Of a stretch of DNA of 38,786 nucleotides, positions 1 through 11,149 are shown piece by piece. The notes below the pieces were generated by a model that ran no database searches, was not told the origin of the DNA, and saw nothing but the letters and a program-made list of their open reading frames with translations. A program made the position numbers and the translations under genes. The number at the start of each line of letters is the position of its first letter. The stretch's first letter is position 1. Origin of the DNA: Octopus bimaculoides (taxonomy: Eukaryota); NCBI RefSeq assembly GCF_001194135.2, contig NC_068984.1:60111709-60150494 (forward strand), read 5' to 3'.

Positions 1-61
1 ATATATATATATATATATATATATGTACATATATATACGCACACACACACATATATATATA

Positions 62-231
62 TCTTTTTTTATTTGTTTCAGTCATTTGACTGTGGCCATG
101 CTGGAGCACCGCTTTTAGTCAAACAAATCAACCCCAGGACTTATTTTTTGTAAGCCTGGTACTTGTTCTATTGGTCTCTTTTACCAAACCGCTAAATTAT
201 GGGGACACAAACACAGACACACAACATATAC

Positions 232-270
<39 letters not shown>

Positions 271-330
271 NNNNNNNNNNAAATCCACTCACAAGGCTTT
301 GGTCAGCCTGAGGATATAGTAGAAGACACT
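62..330 (-). mobile_element. tRNA-headed SINE family A, partial copy spanning a small gap
   Basis: Reverse complement matches the full copy at 9603-10013, including the tail GCGGTGCTCCAGCATGGCCACAGTCAAATGACTGAAAC and the core AGTGTCTTCTACTATA...CCAAAGCCTTGTGAGTGGATTT. Confidence 0.85.
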
Positions 331-575
331 CTGGGCCAGCCAAAGCCTTGTGAATAGATTTGGTCGATGGAAGCTGAAAGAAGTCTGTCATGAATGTATG
401 TATATGTGTGTTACTGTCTCTTTGATTAGACATCACGTGATGAAGAATATTGCCTTTGTTGGAAATAGGTGAGTGTCAGTGACAAGAAGGGTATCTAGTC
501 GTAGAAAATCTGCTTCAACAACTTTTGTCCAACTCCTGCAAGCATGGAAAAGTGTATGTTAACATCATGATGATG
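331..575 (+). mobile_element. SINE with family-A core and RTE-type (family C) tail, 5' truncated
   Basis: CCAAAGCCTTGTGAATAGATTTGG...GAAAGAAG core, followed by the ...GCAAGCATGGAAAAGTG...GTTAA(CAT/GAT)n tail. Confidence 0.7.
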
Positions 576-587
576 ATGGTGATTATA

Positions 588-590
<3 letters not shown>

Positions 591-668
<78 letters not shown>

Positions 669-670
669 CT
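591..670. repeat. (CT)n followed by (CTAT)n microsatellite
   Basis: Direct reading. Confidence 0.95.
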
Positions 671-849
671 AGAGAGAGAGAGAACAGAATAGGTAAGAGA
701 AGTGATATGAGAGACTAGATGTTTATTCCATGTGTTTACAGCTATTTCATAATCTTGTTAGTTATATAATAAATGTTACATGAATATTGTCACACATTTA
801 AAATATACACATGTAAACATATATAAATAGATATATATGCATGTGTTTA

Positions 850-890
<41 letters not shown>

Positions 891-1046
891 GCATGCTGAT
901 ATAGGAACTAACAGACTAATCTTCAGAATGATATATGGTGGTTGAAAATACCAACTCTACTACAGAGTGTAAGCTGACTCCGTATAATATATATATCCAC
1001 AGGCAATAGATGTACTCAGCATGTTGCCATTTATGATCTACTTTAA

Positions 1047-1268
1047 CCCTTTTGTTAACATATTTCTGTTGAGATGCTCTGTATTTCTTTCAATTAATTT
1101 TAGATATAACAAAGAATTAAGTAAAATAACTTAGTTATCATTAAGCTAGTGTTGGGAACATAAATTGTGACCAAGGTTTGGTGGAAGATTTTAACTCAGA
1201 ACTTTTGAAAACAAGACATTTGTACTACAGAGCCAGAGGCAGTTTCAGGTGGGTTGGTATCAAAAGGA
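1047..1268. mobile_element. piggyBac-type MITE, 222 bp
   Basis: TTAA at 1043-1046 and 1269-1272. Imperfect TIRs CCCTTTTGTTAACA / TGGTATCAAAAGGA. Confidence 0.7.
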
Positions 1269-1399
1269 TTAAGGGAGCACTGGCCATAGAATAATACAAA
1301 TTCAGAAGCAAAAACAATAAATAAATACAGTAGAGTGAAAAGACAATGGAAAAAATTGAAAAAGAAAAACATAAGCTACCAAATAATCAGAAAGATTGT

Positions 1400-2215
1400 T
1401 TATTAAATAATAAAGAAATGAATGATAAAATAAGTTTGTCAAAGAAGTTGGCATTAAAGTAAAATATGGGTTCTAAGATAGAATTAATTTCCAAAGAGAG
1501 ATAGTTTGACCAGTCTAGTATTAATTTAGTATTAATACTAGAAAAGAGAGCAAACGCAGAATCTGTGGAAAAGAAGATGAAAGTATTAATCATCTCTTAT
1601 GTGAATGCATTATACTAGCACAAGAGTATAAGTACAAGCATGACTGTGTTAGTAGAAGAGTGCATTGGATGTTAGCCAAGTATGTGAATTCTAAGTGGTA
1701 GAAAAGTGATATGGACATGAACCAGAAGCTGCGATGGAGGATAAAAATTACTGGATTTCATGTGATTTCTCCATAAGGTCTAACCATACTATTGAAGCAA
1801 AGAGCCTTCATATAATTGTGAAAGATAAAGAAAAAAGTAAAAATAAACCAATTTTACCTCATAAACTTTGCAATACCAAATGATAATAGACTGGATGTCA
1901 AAGAAATCAAGGAATGTCAGAACCTAGCCAGAGATGTAGAGATTGTGGAAGACAAAGGTAACATTTGCCCCTGAGGTAATTGTTGAACTTGATGCAACAT
2001 CCTAACTGCTGCTTGAAAGGCTGAAAGATATTGGGATTGAGACATGCGTTGTTGACTTGAAGCAAAGTTCCTCTTTCTATTCTTGAAGAATCCTTAGAAG
2101 GACTTTTGAAATTTGAGGAGACTTGTTCTCACCAAACCCCAAGACAACATCCTTGTTAACTAAAGTTGCTTGTAATAGCTTTATAAAAATAAAAATACTA
2201 CTACTACTACTATTA
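1400..2215 (+). mobile_element. R4/Dong-clade (RLE-type) non-LTR retrotransposon 3' remnant, heavily degraded
   Basis: Broken translation gives RICGKEDESINHLLCEC..LAQEYKYKHDCVSRRVHWMLA (CCHC knuckle plus the RHD-like motif), then INFAIPNDNRLDVKE and RLKDIGIETCVVDLKQSS..RILRRT. Ends in a short trinucleotide tail. The 5' boundary is approximate. Confidence 0.8.
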
Positions 2216-2235
2216 ATGATGATAATTCTTTGTAC

Positions 2236-2421
2236 AATAGGTACAAAGCCTGAAATTTTGTAGGAGAAGGGCTAATTGATTACATCGGCTTCAGAACTTG
2301 ATCCTGAAAGGATGCAAGGCAAAGTCGACCTCTCTAGAATTTGAACTTAGAACAGGAACCTGAAAGAAATACTGCTATGCATTTCATCTGACATGCTAAT
2401 GATTCTGCCAGCCCACCACCT

Positions 2422-2422
<1 letters not shown>
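2236..2422 (-). mobile_element. tRNA-headed SINE family B
   Basis: Plus-strand GAAAGGATGCAAGGCAAAGTCGACCTC...GAATTTGAACT...ATTCTGCCAGC, repeated at 9425, 14828, 25703 and 35590. The reverse complement has a B-box-like AGTTCAAATTC. Confidence 0.8.
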
Positions 2423-2476
<54 letters not shown>

Positions 2477-2564
2477 GCTACTGCTGCTGCTGCTGCTGCT
2501 GCTACTACAACTACTACTACTACTACTACTGTTGTTGTTGCTGCTGCTACTGCTGCTGCTGCTG

Positions 2565-2627
<63 letters not shown>

Positions 2628-2700
2628 ATAATAATAATGATAATAATAATAATGATAATGATAATAATATGATGATGATGATAATACCAGCAACAACAGC
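2423..2700. repeat. Compound trinucleotide repeat (ACT/GCT/GTT/AAT/GAT)
   Basis: Direct reading. Explains ORFs 2347..3093 and 2393..2719. Confidence 0.95.
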
Positions 2701-3253
2701 AAGAACAAACATAGAATAGGAAAATATATTCCCATATAGGAGAAGGATATAAAGATGTATTCTTATATAGAAGAATATGAAAATGTATTCTTGTATAAAA
2801 GTGGAATAAAGATATATATTTTCTTTGTTCTTCTCTTCTCTTGTCAATGGGGAATTCAATGATTTTTTTTCTTCACATTTGAAGAAATGTATATTTGTGA
2901 GAGAATGATGGTAATTTTTTTTGGCTTCTTTTTTTTTTACATGTACCTGTTGTTTATATTGTTTATATGTCATTGTATATATTTGTGAGTATGAAGTGTA
3001 ATTGTGTGTGTATATATACAAATGGGTATTTTTTGCAACAAGCATATGAAGTGTATGTGTATAGATTATGTATATATTCTTGCATATAATCACACATACA
3101 TATATACATGCATATACCCTTAGATATCTGTCTGTCTGTCTATCTACACATCTACCAATCTATATATTCATCTGTTTGTCTTTCTGTCTATCTATGTGTG
3201 TGCATATATATATATAAGAATTTAAGGATTGGAGAAAACGCATGTTATAATTG

Positions 3254-3352
3254 CATACTTTATTCCTACATATGTTTCAAAGGATTACAACCTGTGTGAT
3301 CCATAGGGATCTTTGATATTAAAATTGTAACCTTCTCATCAGGGAAAGCATG
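3254..3352 (-). ncRNA. Type I hammerhead ribozyme motif
   Basis: Minus strand reads CATGCT-TTCC [CTGATGA] GAAGGTTACAA...TTGTAA-T-CCTTT [GAAA] C-ATAT-G-T-A GGAA-TAA-AGTATG. All core nucleotides and three helices are present, with a GUA cleavage triplet. Confidence 0.8.
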
Positions 3353-4048
3353 GGAATCATCTTAAACGTAAGACATTATGACCGATTATGAAAACAATAG
3401 ATGGATAAGGTTCTTAAATATACTCAAATACCCAAAATTTCAAGGAGTTCCTGCCTTAAAAACAGGAGCTAACCACAGTTATTTTGTGTTTTTTGCTACA
3501 TTGGTTTCTATTAACCTATTTATTCTATCAGAAGAATTTTTATTCATTAAGATAGAAGAAATACACATAATTATATATATATATATATATATATATNNNN
3601 NNNNNNNNNNNNNNNNNNNNNNNNNNNNNNNNNNNNNNNNNNNNNNNNNNNNNNNNNNNNNNNNNNNNNNNNNNNNNNNNNNNNNNNNNNNNNNNNNNNN
3701 NNNNNNNNNNNNNNNNNNNNNNNNNNNNNNNNNNNNNNNNNNNNNNNNNNNNNNNNNNNNNNNNNNNNNNNNNNNNNNNNNNNNNNNNNNNNNNNNNNNN
3801 NNNNNTATATATATATATATATGTATATATATATGACTTTAAACTGAATCTGGTTGTGGGGCCCTGGTATGGACATTCCAGGGTTTTGAGGTGTGTGGAA
3901 CCACCTCTTAGTCACAATTTGTTCCCAGATCTACCCAGACAGGTATTACCTGTTTAGGTCTCAGCTATGTATTAATTAGCATGTGGATCACTGAGAATGA
4001 AGGACCCATTGTTCTTGTTAGAACTTCCTTCTAGGAGATGGTAAACAC

Positions 4049-4330
4049 ATCATCATCATCATCATCATCACTTAACATCATTGCCCATGTCTCCGTGAAG
4101 CCCAACACTCGAAAGGAATTCAGCCACTTTGCCTCCTTGAGGCCCAATGCTCAAAAGGAACTCAGCCACTTTGTCCCTGAAAGACCCAACGCTTGAAAGA
4201 AATTCAGCCACTTTGCCTCCATGAGGCCCAACATTTGAAAGGTGTTCTTTACATGCTACCAGCAGTGGTGCACTTGGTTTGACAGATCCTCTCAAGCATA
4301 GCACATCACCAAAGGTCTCGGTCACTAGTC
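4049..4330 (-). mobile_element. Family C repeat fragment with about 3.4 copies of a 42-bp unit and a (GAT)n tail
   Basis: 42-bp units start at 4099, 4141, 4183 and 4225. The same unit occurs on + at 31717-31825. Tail on the minus strand is GATGTTAAG(TGA)n. Confidence 0.8.
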
Positions 4331-4719
4331 ATTGCCTCTGTGAGGTTCAAAGTTCAAAGATTATACTTTACCACCTTGTTAGAGATTGGCACTTCTTTAC
4401 ACAGCTGTCCTTGTCCATCTGCATCACATGACCATACCAGTGCAGTCATCCCTCTTGCACACCACATCAGATGCCTCTTATGCCTAACTTTTCTCTCAAG
4501 CTGCTTAACCTGAAGTGCTGTTGGTTTCTGGTCATCCCATTCTCTGTTGTGCCACTGGTTTTGTAGTTGATTGCTAGCAACACTTTAACCACTCAAAACA
4601 AATTCATGCACAAGAACTTACACCATATTATATACATATATATATATCTCCTCCATATCGAACTAAATTCGACGACTGGCACACATGTCAATGTCATCTC
4701 CTCCATTGGACACGAAACT

Positions 4720-5059
4720 CGGCTTGTGAAGACATGTTGGGGCAAGCGAAAGCGAAATCGTGATGGTACCTGTGCCCAATGTCGCCTCCCTGGCACTTGT
4801 GCCAATGGCACGTGTAAAGACATTCGAGTGAGATCGTTGCCAGTGCCGCTGGACTGGCTCCTGTACAGGTAGCACGTAAAAGCACCCACTACACTCTCGG
4901 AGTGGTTGGCATTAGGAATGGCATCCAGCTGTAAAAACTCTGCCAGATCAGATTGGAGCCTGGTGTAGCCATCTATCTGGTTCACCAGTCTTCAGTCAAA
5001 TCGTCCAACCCATGCTAGCATGGAAAGCGGACGTTAAATGAGGATGATTATGATGATGA

Positions 5060-5062
<3 letters not shown>
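4720..5062 (+). mobile_element. Family C retroposon (RTE-type 3' tail, (GAT)n end)
   Basis: GTAAAAGCACCCACTACACTCTCGGAGTGGTTGGCATTAGGAATGGCATCCAGCTG...CCATGCTAGCATGGAAAGCGGACGTTAAATGAGGATGATT. About 10 copies in the window. RTE affiliation is from recalled similarity only. Confidence 0.85.
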
Positions 5063-5096
<34 letters not shown>

Positions 5097-5098
<2 letters not shown>

Positions 5099-5948
5099 GG
5101 GTGCAGTGAATAAACTGTCATCTAAATTACGCAAAAATGAAAATAACACTGACATCTCATTTTAACAGATATATTTACCAAAATTACATAAAAATATTTT
5201 GAATTACTAAAGAGCAAATTTATTCAATAAAATCACCATTGGCTTCAACCACGGCCTCCAGACAACTTTAGAATCTCTTGCAACTCTTCTGGACAGTCTC
5301 CTTGATTAAATTGGTGAATGCTGCCATAATCCTTGCCTTCAGATCATCTTTGGTATTACAAGGAGTTTTGTTGGCCTCTCGCTCAACTGCACCCGACACA
5401 TAATAAGGGGGTTGCAGTCTGAGGAGTTAGGTGCCCAGATATTAGGGGTGATGTGGTCGCAGAAATTGTCTGACAGCCATGACTGGGTTCTCCTGCTTGC
5501 GTGGCATGGTGCAGAGCCCTGTTGCCAGACATAGGTTCTTCCAGCAGCCACCTTCTTGACCCAGAGCAGCACTACCTCTCCATGCACTTGATGTAAGCTT
5601 CCCGTGTGGGAAGATGAATGGAAGCATAATGTCGCCATCACTAGTGATCACTCCAAACACCATGGTGTTGACTGGATATTTGATTTCTATCACTCTCAGT
5701 ACTTGTCCTCAGATTGACACTCAAACATTCTGAAATGTTTGTGTTGGAGCTTCCAGCATGAATACCAAGCAGTACAGCATGTCCTTCCCAAATTTCTGGC
5801 AGGGTGAATTGTGTCATGGTGTTGTTTTTCTCACAGACAGTGCCCAAGTGACCCTACTATACTGTGTAGTTGACAAAATCAAAAACAAACAATGTGCATG
5901 CATGAAATTAAAAATATAAAATGGCGATAATTTACCCATTGCACTCTG
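5097..5948 (-). mobile_element. Tc1/mariner-superfamily maT (DD37D) transposon, internally deleted
   Basis: TIR-like ends CAGGGTGCA / TGCACTCTG with TA at 5949-5950. Fragments VMVFGVITSDG and YVWQQ(D>G)SAPCH...WAPNSSDCNPL, with 37 residues between the second and third catalytic positions. Confidence 0.9.
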
Positions 5949-6445
5949 TATGTGTAGGTCTATGTAAAATTGAACATATAAGCAGAGTTAAAGGTAATGC
6001 TATGCCACTTCATAATAATCTTATTATTATTATTATTACTATTATTATTATTATTGTTGTTGATATTATATACTCCAGGAAACCTATATGGTTAAGGTAA
6101 TGTATTCAGAATTATCCAATAGAATTTATCTCTAAATTCTTATCCTATGAGAATATTATTAGATTTATATATTAACTGTTGAATAACCTATTTTGAATAC
6201 CTAATTGAGAANNNNNNNNNNNNNNNNNNNNNNNNNNNNNNNNNNNNNNNNNNNNNNNNNNNNNNNNNNNNNNNNNNNNNNNNNNNNNNNNNNNNNNNNN
6301 NNNNNNNNNNNNNNNNNNNNNNNNNNNNNNNNNNNNNNNNNNNNNNNNNNNNNNNNNNNNNNNNNNNNNNNNNNNNNNCACACACACACACACACACATG
6401 CACACACACACACACACACACACACATGCACACGCACACACAAAT

Positions 6446-6661
6446 ATAGGAGGGCATGTTGAAAAGTCCCTAGTTGTGGGTAAAGGAAAATACAGGAGGA
6501 TCAGTTAATTATTTAAGTCATCATATTCCCCTCACAGATTTACACACTTATTGCAGCAGTCCTTCAGTTTTTCTAATCCCTGTAAAAGAACTTGGAAGGT
6601 TGGGGCTCCAATCAGGTCTTTCATGATACTCTTAAAGTCAGGAACTTTTCATCACCCCTCA
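6446..6661. mobile_element. Mariner-derived MITE
   Basis: TIRs GAGGG..TGTTGAAAAGTCCCT / AGGAACTTTTCATCACCCCTC. Further copies at 18159-18429 and 32120-32328. Confidence 0.8.
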
Positions 6662-6879
6662 TATATATACACATATATATATGTATAGTTGTAGTATAAG
6701 ATATGGATTCAGAGAATTGTGTTGCTATCACAGAAAGCTCCTCTAACAGACTCAGTTATCAGAGCACATCGTAATCCAATATTGATCTTCTCTCTTTGTC
6801 ATCACCTGGTCATAACTATTTACATATTTGTCCCTCATGCTCTCATTGTCTTATACATATGGTACAGGCAGTCACATGA

Positions 6880-7135
6880 CGCCTTGTCCACGAGCATGAA
6901 GTCCCCTTGAGTTTGTACTCCTGTGAGATGCATGGCTACTTCAATAGTGCTGGTTGCATTAGAAAAGCACCTAGTACATATTGCAATGTGGTTGGCATTA
7001 GGAAGGGCGCCCAACTGTAGAAACCATGACAAAGCAGACACTGGAGCACAATGCAGTCATGGGCCCATTGGATCCTGTCAAACTGCCCAAGTCATATCAA
7101 CATGAAATGTGGACATGAAGTGATTATGATGATTT
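6880..7135 (+). mobile_element. Family C-like retroposon, diverged
   Basis: GGTTGGCATTAGGAAGGGCGCCCAACTGTAGAAACCATG...CATGAAATGTGGACATGAAGTGATTATGATG. Confidence 0.7.
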
Positions 7136-7585
7136 GATATACATATATGCACACTCAAACACACTAACACATATGCACGCAAATGCATGAAAATAAAACA
7201 CAAATGCACACATATTCACAGTCGCATTTACACTTATGCATATGCACAATGAATGCATACACATACAAATATATGTACGAATGGCTTCAAACAGGAATTG
7301 AAACTGCATTCGTAAAAAGCAAACTTATTGCACTCAAAACACTCTTAAGTCATTAATATAATGAGTAAATTTGAAATTTTTGTTTAGTTAAACAAAACTC
7401 CTCAGGTGTGTTTTGATGTAATAATTTTTATCTTGAAATAACTGTGTGATAACATAACTGTGTGTGATAACTATGCCACATGAATTATTAATCACACATA
7501 TATGTTATCTCACAGCTTTTTGCTGATAAAAATTAGTAATATGTGTGTGGATGATTTTTTTGTGTTGCTTTTTTTAAAAATTCTT

Positions 7586-7637
<52 letters not shown>

Positions 7638-7932
7638 NNNNNNNNNNNNNNNNNNNNNNNNNNNNNNNNNNNNNNNNNNNNNNNNNNNNNNNNNNNNNNN
7701 NNNNNNNNNNNNNNNNNNNNNNNNNNNNNNNNNNNNNNNNNNNNNNNNNNNNNNNNNNNNNNNNNNNNNNNNNNNNNNNNNNNNNNNNNNNNNNNNNNNN
7801 NNNNNNNNNNNNNNNNNNNNNNNNNNNNNNNNNNNNNNNNNNNNNNNNNNNNNNNNNNNNNNNNNNNNNNNNNNNNNNNNNNNNNNNNNNNNNNNNNNNN
7901 NNNNNNNNNNNNNNNNNNNNNNNNNNNNNNNN

Positions 7933-7968
<36 letters not shown>

Positions 7969-7993
7969 GTGTGTAAGTATATATTTTTTCATG

Positions 7994-8034
<41 letters not shown>

Positions 8035-8215
8035 GTATAATAAATATATATATATATGTGTCTATAAATATATCATAATATACACGTATATTATATATCA
8101 TAATATATAATATACACATATGTGTGTGTGTGCATGTATGTGAATACATGTGTGACCATGTGTGTGCATATGTGTGTATGTGGTTTGATTCAGAAACTTC
8201 TTTAGAACATAATGA

Positions 8216-8373
8216 TAGGCATGACTGTGTGGTAAGAAACTTGCTTCCCAGCCACATGGTTTTGGGTTCAGTCCCATTGCATGGGCGCCTTAAGCAAGTG
8301 TCTTCTACTATAGCCCTGGACCGACCAAAGCCTTGTGCATGAATTTTGGTAGATGGAAACTGAAAGAAGCCTC
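8216..8373 (+). mobile_element. SINE family A, 5' half
   Basis: A-box-like TGACTGTGTGG, B-box-like GGTTCAGTCC, and core AAGCAAGTGTCTTCTACTATAG. Confidence 0.85.
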
Positions 8374-8393
8374 CCCTATCACTCACACATATA

Positions 8394-8949
8394 CAAGGTG
8401 CATCCCAGAAGTTTTGAAGCTTTTTCAAGAGAGACATTTAAATTTCAAAGGAGTATAAAACCCTATCTCCTTCAAAGTAGGATCCTCTGACTTCAATTCT
8501 ATTGTCGTAGCACTCAAACCACTTCATGAAGGCCTCCAGAGAAGCCCTCCAAAGTGAAAGTGCTCAGAACCCTTGTCACAGCCTCCATCTTCTCTGTGTC
8601 TTTAAAACTACTGTTCCTTAGGTTCTCCTTCAGCTTAGAGAATGACCAAAAGTCATTGGGAGCAACACATGGAATAGTGAGAAGGATGAGGGACAGTTTT
8701 GATGCCCATCTCTGTCAAGTATTTGGTTACCAGAATGGAATTGTGACCAGTAGTATTTAGTTGACTGAAAAGCAGCATTCAATGGGTTGTGTTCAAAGTG
8801 CTGTTGCAGCTGTCTCCTTCAATGTGGAATAAAAAACGTTGGCAGGTGAGTTTATTAAATGTATAGTAATGATATACTAAAATTGCAATAATCTAGGACA
8901 GTTATAACTATCTCTCCTAAAGAGTCTCAAAACTTATAGAATGCACCTT

Positions 8950-8950
<1 letters not shown>
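8394..8950 (-). mobile_element. Mariner (DD34D-type) non-autonomous transposon
   Basis: TA at 8392-8393 and 8951-8952. TIRs CAAGGTGCATCCCAGAAGTTTTGA / TCAAAACTTATAGAATGCACCTTA. Frameshifted C-terminus HNSILVTKYLTEMGIKTVPHP/VAPNDFWSFSKLKENLR/KWFECYDNRIEVRGSYFEGD. Confidence 0.9.
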
Positions 8951-8984
<34 letters not shown>

Positions 8985-9424
8985 TAATATATAAATATAT
9001 GCATATATCCATACATATATGTACATACCTACATCTATATGTATACATACAGGGATTTTTTGCGGAGGGTGAAAGTGTTAACAAGAACAGGACAGTGAGA
9101 ACAAGACAGTAAAAACAAACAGATAAAAAGGTGCTATATCTCCATAAGATCTTTTCAACACTGTGCAATATATGCACAACACAGCTAAAATTACTGTATA
9201 TGTTGTATACATTTACATTTATATAAATAACTAATTACTCTGTATATAAATAATTAAGTGCCCAATACAAGCTTCATAAATCAAGTATTATGTAAAGTAC
9301 ATTTTCATCTTGATATGTATTTTTTGTTTATGTTAACAAAAACGTGTACACTCCATTGGGAAGAGCAGAGTTGTATATTCTGTTATACAAGTAAAAGGAA
9401 GAACTCCATATAATCCTTTCTGTT

Positions 9425-9771
9425 ATAGGCACAAAGCCTGAAATTTTGTGGGAGGGGGGCTAGTTGATTACATTGACCTTTGTGCTGAACTGTACCTATT
9501 TCACTGACCACAAAAGAACGCAAGGCCAAATTGTCTTCAACAGGTTTTGAACTCGGAGCATGAAGATGAATGAAATGTTGCTAAGAATCTTGACCAATAG
9601 GTGCAGGAGTGGCTGTGTGGTAAGTAGCTTGCTTACCAACCACATGATTCCGGGTTCAGTCCCACTGCATGGCATCTTGGGCAAGTGTCTTCTACTATAG
9701 CCTCGGGCCAACCAAAGCCTTGTGAGTGGATGTGGTAGACGGAAACTGAAAGAAGCCCATCGTATATATGC

Positions 9772-9805
<34 letters not shown>

Positions 9806-10050
9806 TTGTGTGTCTGTGTTTGTCCCCCTAGCATTGCTTGGCAACCGATGCTGGTGTGCTTATGTCCCCGTAACTTAGCGGTTCAACAAAAGAGACCGAT
9901 AGAATAAGTACAAGGCTTACAAAGAATAAGTCCCGGGGTCGATTTGCTCGACTAAAGGCGGTGCTCCAGCATGGCCACAGTCAAATGACTGAAACAAGTA
10001 AAAGAGTAAAGAGCAAATATGTTAATGATTCTAACAGCTTGCCATCTTAA
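9425..10050 (-). mobile_element. SINE family B, split by a family A insertion
   Basis: B sequence at 9425-9600 resumes at about 10014-10050. Confidence 0.75.
9603..10013 (+). mobile_element. Full-length tRNA-headed SINE family A with an internal microsatellite
   Basis: GCAGGAGTGGCTGTGTGG (A box), GGGTTCAGTCCC (B box), CTTGGGCAAGT core-like motif, internal (TA)n(TG)n, 3' stem-loop CAGTCAAATGACTG and an A-rich tail. Confidence 0.9.
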
Positions 10051-10220
10051 ATGCACTAAAAATAATGACTATGGTAACATATTAAAATAAATATGAGTCT
10101 CTGATTAATCTATTCATATCTACATAAGCATCCATACTTATACATACAATATGTACCATCCTGCTGTTTATTATAGTACACTTGGTTAGCTTGGTCAGAT
10201 AACCCCCTACCACCAGGCTG

Positions 10221-10483
10221 CAGGCGAATGCCTAACCATGGATTATTTGGTACCGGGCAACACAGAGAGGATGAATTTTAAAATTTTATATCCATTTTAT
10301 TGACTGCTGCAGTCTTCAAGGTGTGTTTATTTTATATGTGTGTTATATATGTAATAATGAAATTATGTATCACGTACTTTATTGTGTTTTCCTATGCACA
10401 TGATCCCCTGGTCCATGGAAAAATTGTTTTGCATGAAACTGGTCAATGGTGCAAAAAATGTCCCCCATGGTTGGGGACTGCTG
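10221..10483. mobile_element. hAT (Charlie-like) MITE remnant
   Basis: 3' end GAAACTGGTC..TGGTGCAAAAA...GGTTGGGGACTGCTG followed by CTCTAG, a Charlie-like target. The 5' end is degenerate. Confidence 0.5.
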
Positions 10484-10509
10484 CTCTAGGCTTTAACAGA
10501 AGAATTTAA

Positions 10510-10732
10510 CTCTTTAGCATTTAAACTGGTCATATTCAGCCCAAATTTTCTGTTTGTTTTATATTCAAATTGGCCTGATCCAGTCTTTCACACCTATCCT
10601 ACAATATCATTCTAAAAATAATAAACAATTGATTCATCAGAGTTTTCAAGCTATGAGATAATGCATGATTAATTGAAAACAATGTGAATAAGTAAGCATT
10701 ACACTTGACAGGTTAAGCGAAATGCTAGAGGG
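10510..10732. mobile_element. piggyBac-type MITE, 223 bp
   Basis: TTAA at 10506-10509 and 10733-10736. TIRs CTCTTTAGCATT / AATGCTAGAGGG. Confidence 0.85.
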
Positions 10733-10974
10733 TTAAACCTCTCTATTTCTTTGATATCCTCTTATCTCTCTATCAGTAATGTAACTCTCCACTTCCTACT
10801 TATACTCCTCCTTCACTTACTCTCCCCCTCTCACTGTAACTTCTAACTATTCTACCAACACTCTGCTTCTCCCATCAGTCCCACACCAATGCTGTCTCTC
10901 TTCCATTAATTCCTCCATCACCACCCACTCACCTCAGTCACAGTTTCTTCCATGCTTTTGTTGCATCAACTCAC

Positions 10975-11024
10975 CTTGGTTCTCCAGTAGAGCCAGTGTC
11001 ACAAATAATTGTTTCCATTCTGCT
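10975..11024 (-). other. Candidate 50-nt exon of an unidentified minus-strand transcript
   Basis: Pyrimidine tract ...ccactttacag| and donor CAAG|gtgagt. Two frames are open (AEWKQLFVTLALLENQ or SRMETIICDTGSTGEP). No recognisable homology. Confidence 0.35.
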
Positions 11025-11149
11025 CTGTAAAGTGGATAGCAAATGAATGGAAACAACATGAGATTGATAGGACTCTTTAGTCTGTCCAAAGACATAACTG
11101 TCCTTCTAGTGTTAGGTGCCATTATAAAATATACCTAGTATACGCTGAA

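Noticed and set aside
2347-3093. 248-aa ORF and the many poly-V/T/Y/I/CV/HT ORFs, plus ORFs spanning N-runs
   Set aside because: These are translations of microsatellites or gaps.
4099-4242. CRISPR-like regular repeats
   Set aside because: The units are contiguous tandem repeats without unique spacers, the context is eukaryotic, and there are no cas genes.
4068-4325. ORF with a 14-aa repeat (GGKVAEFLSSVG)
   Set aside because: It is the translation of the 42-bp VNTR inside a retroposon.
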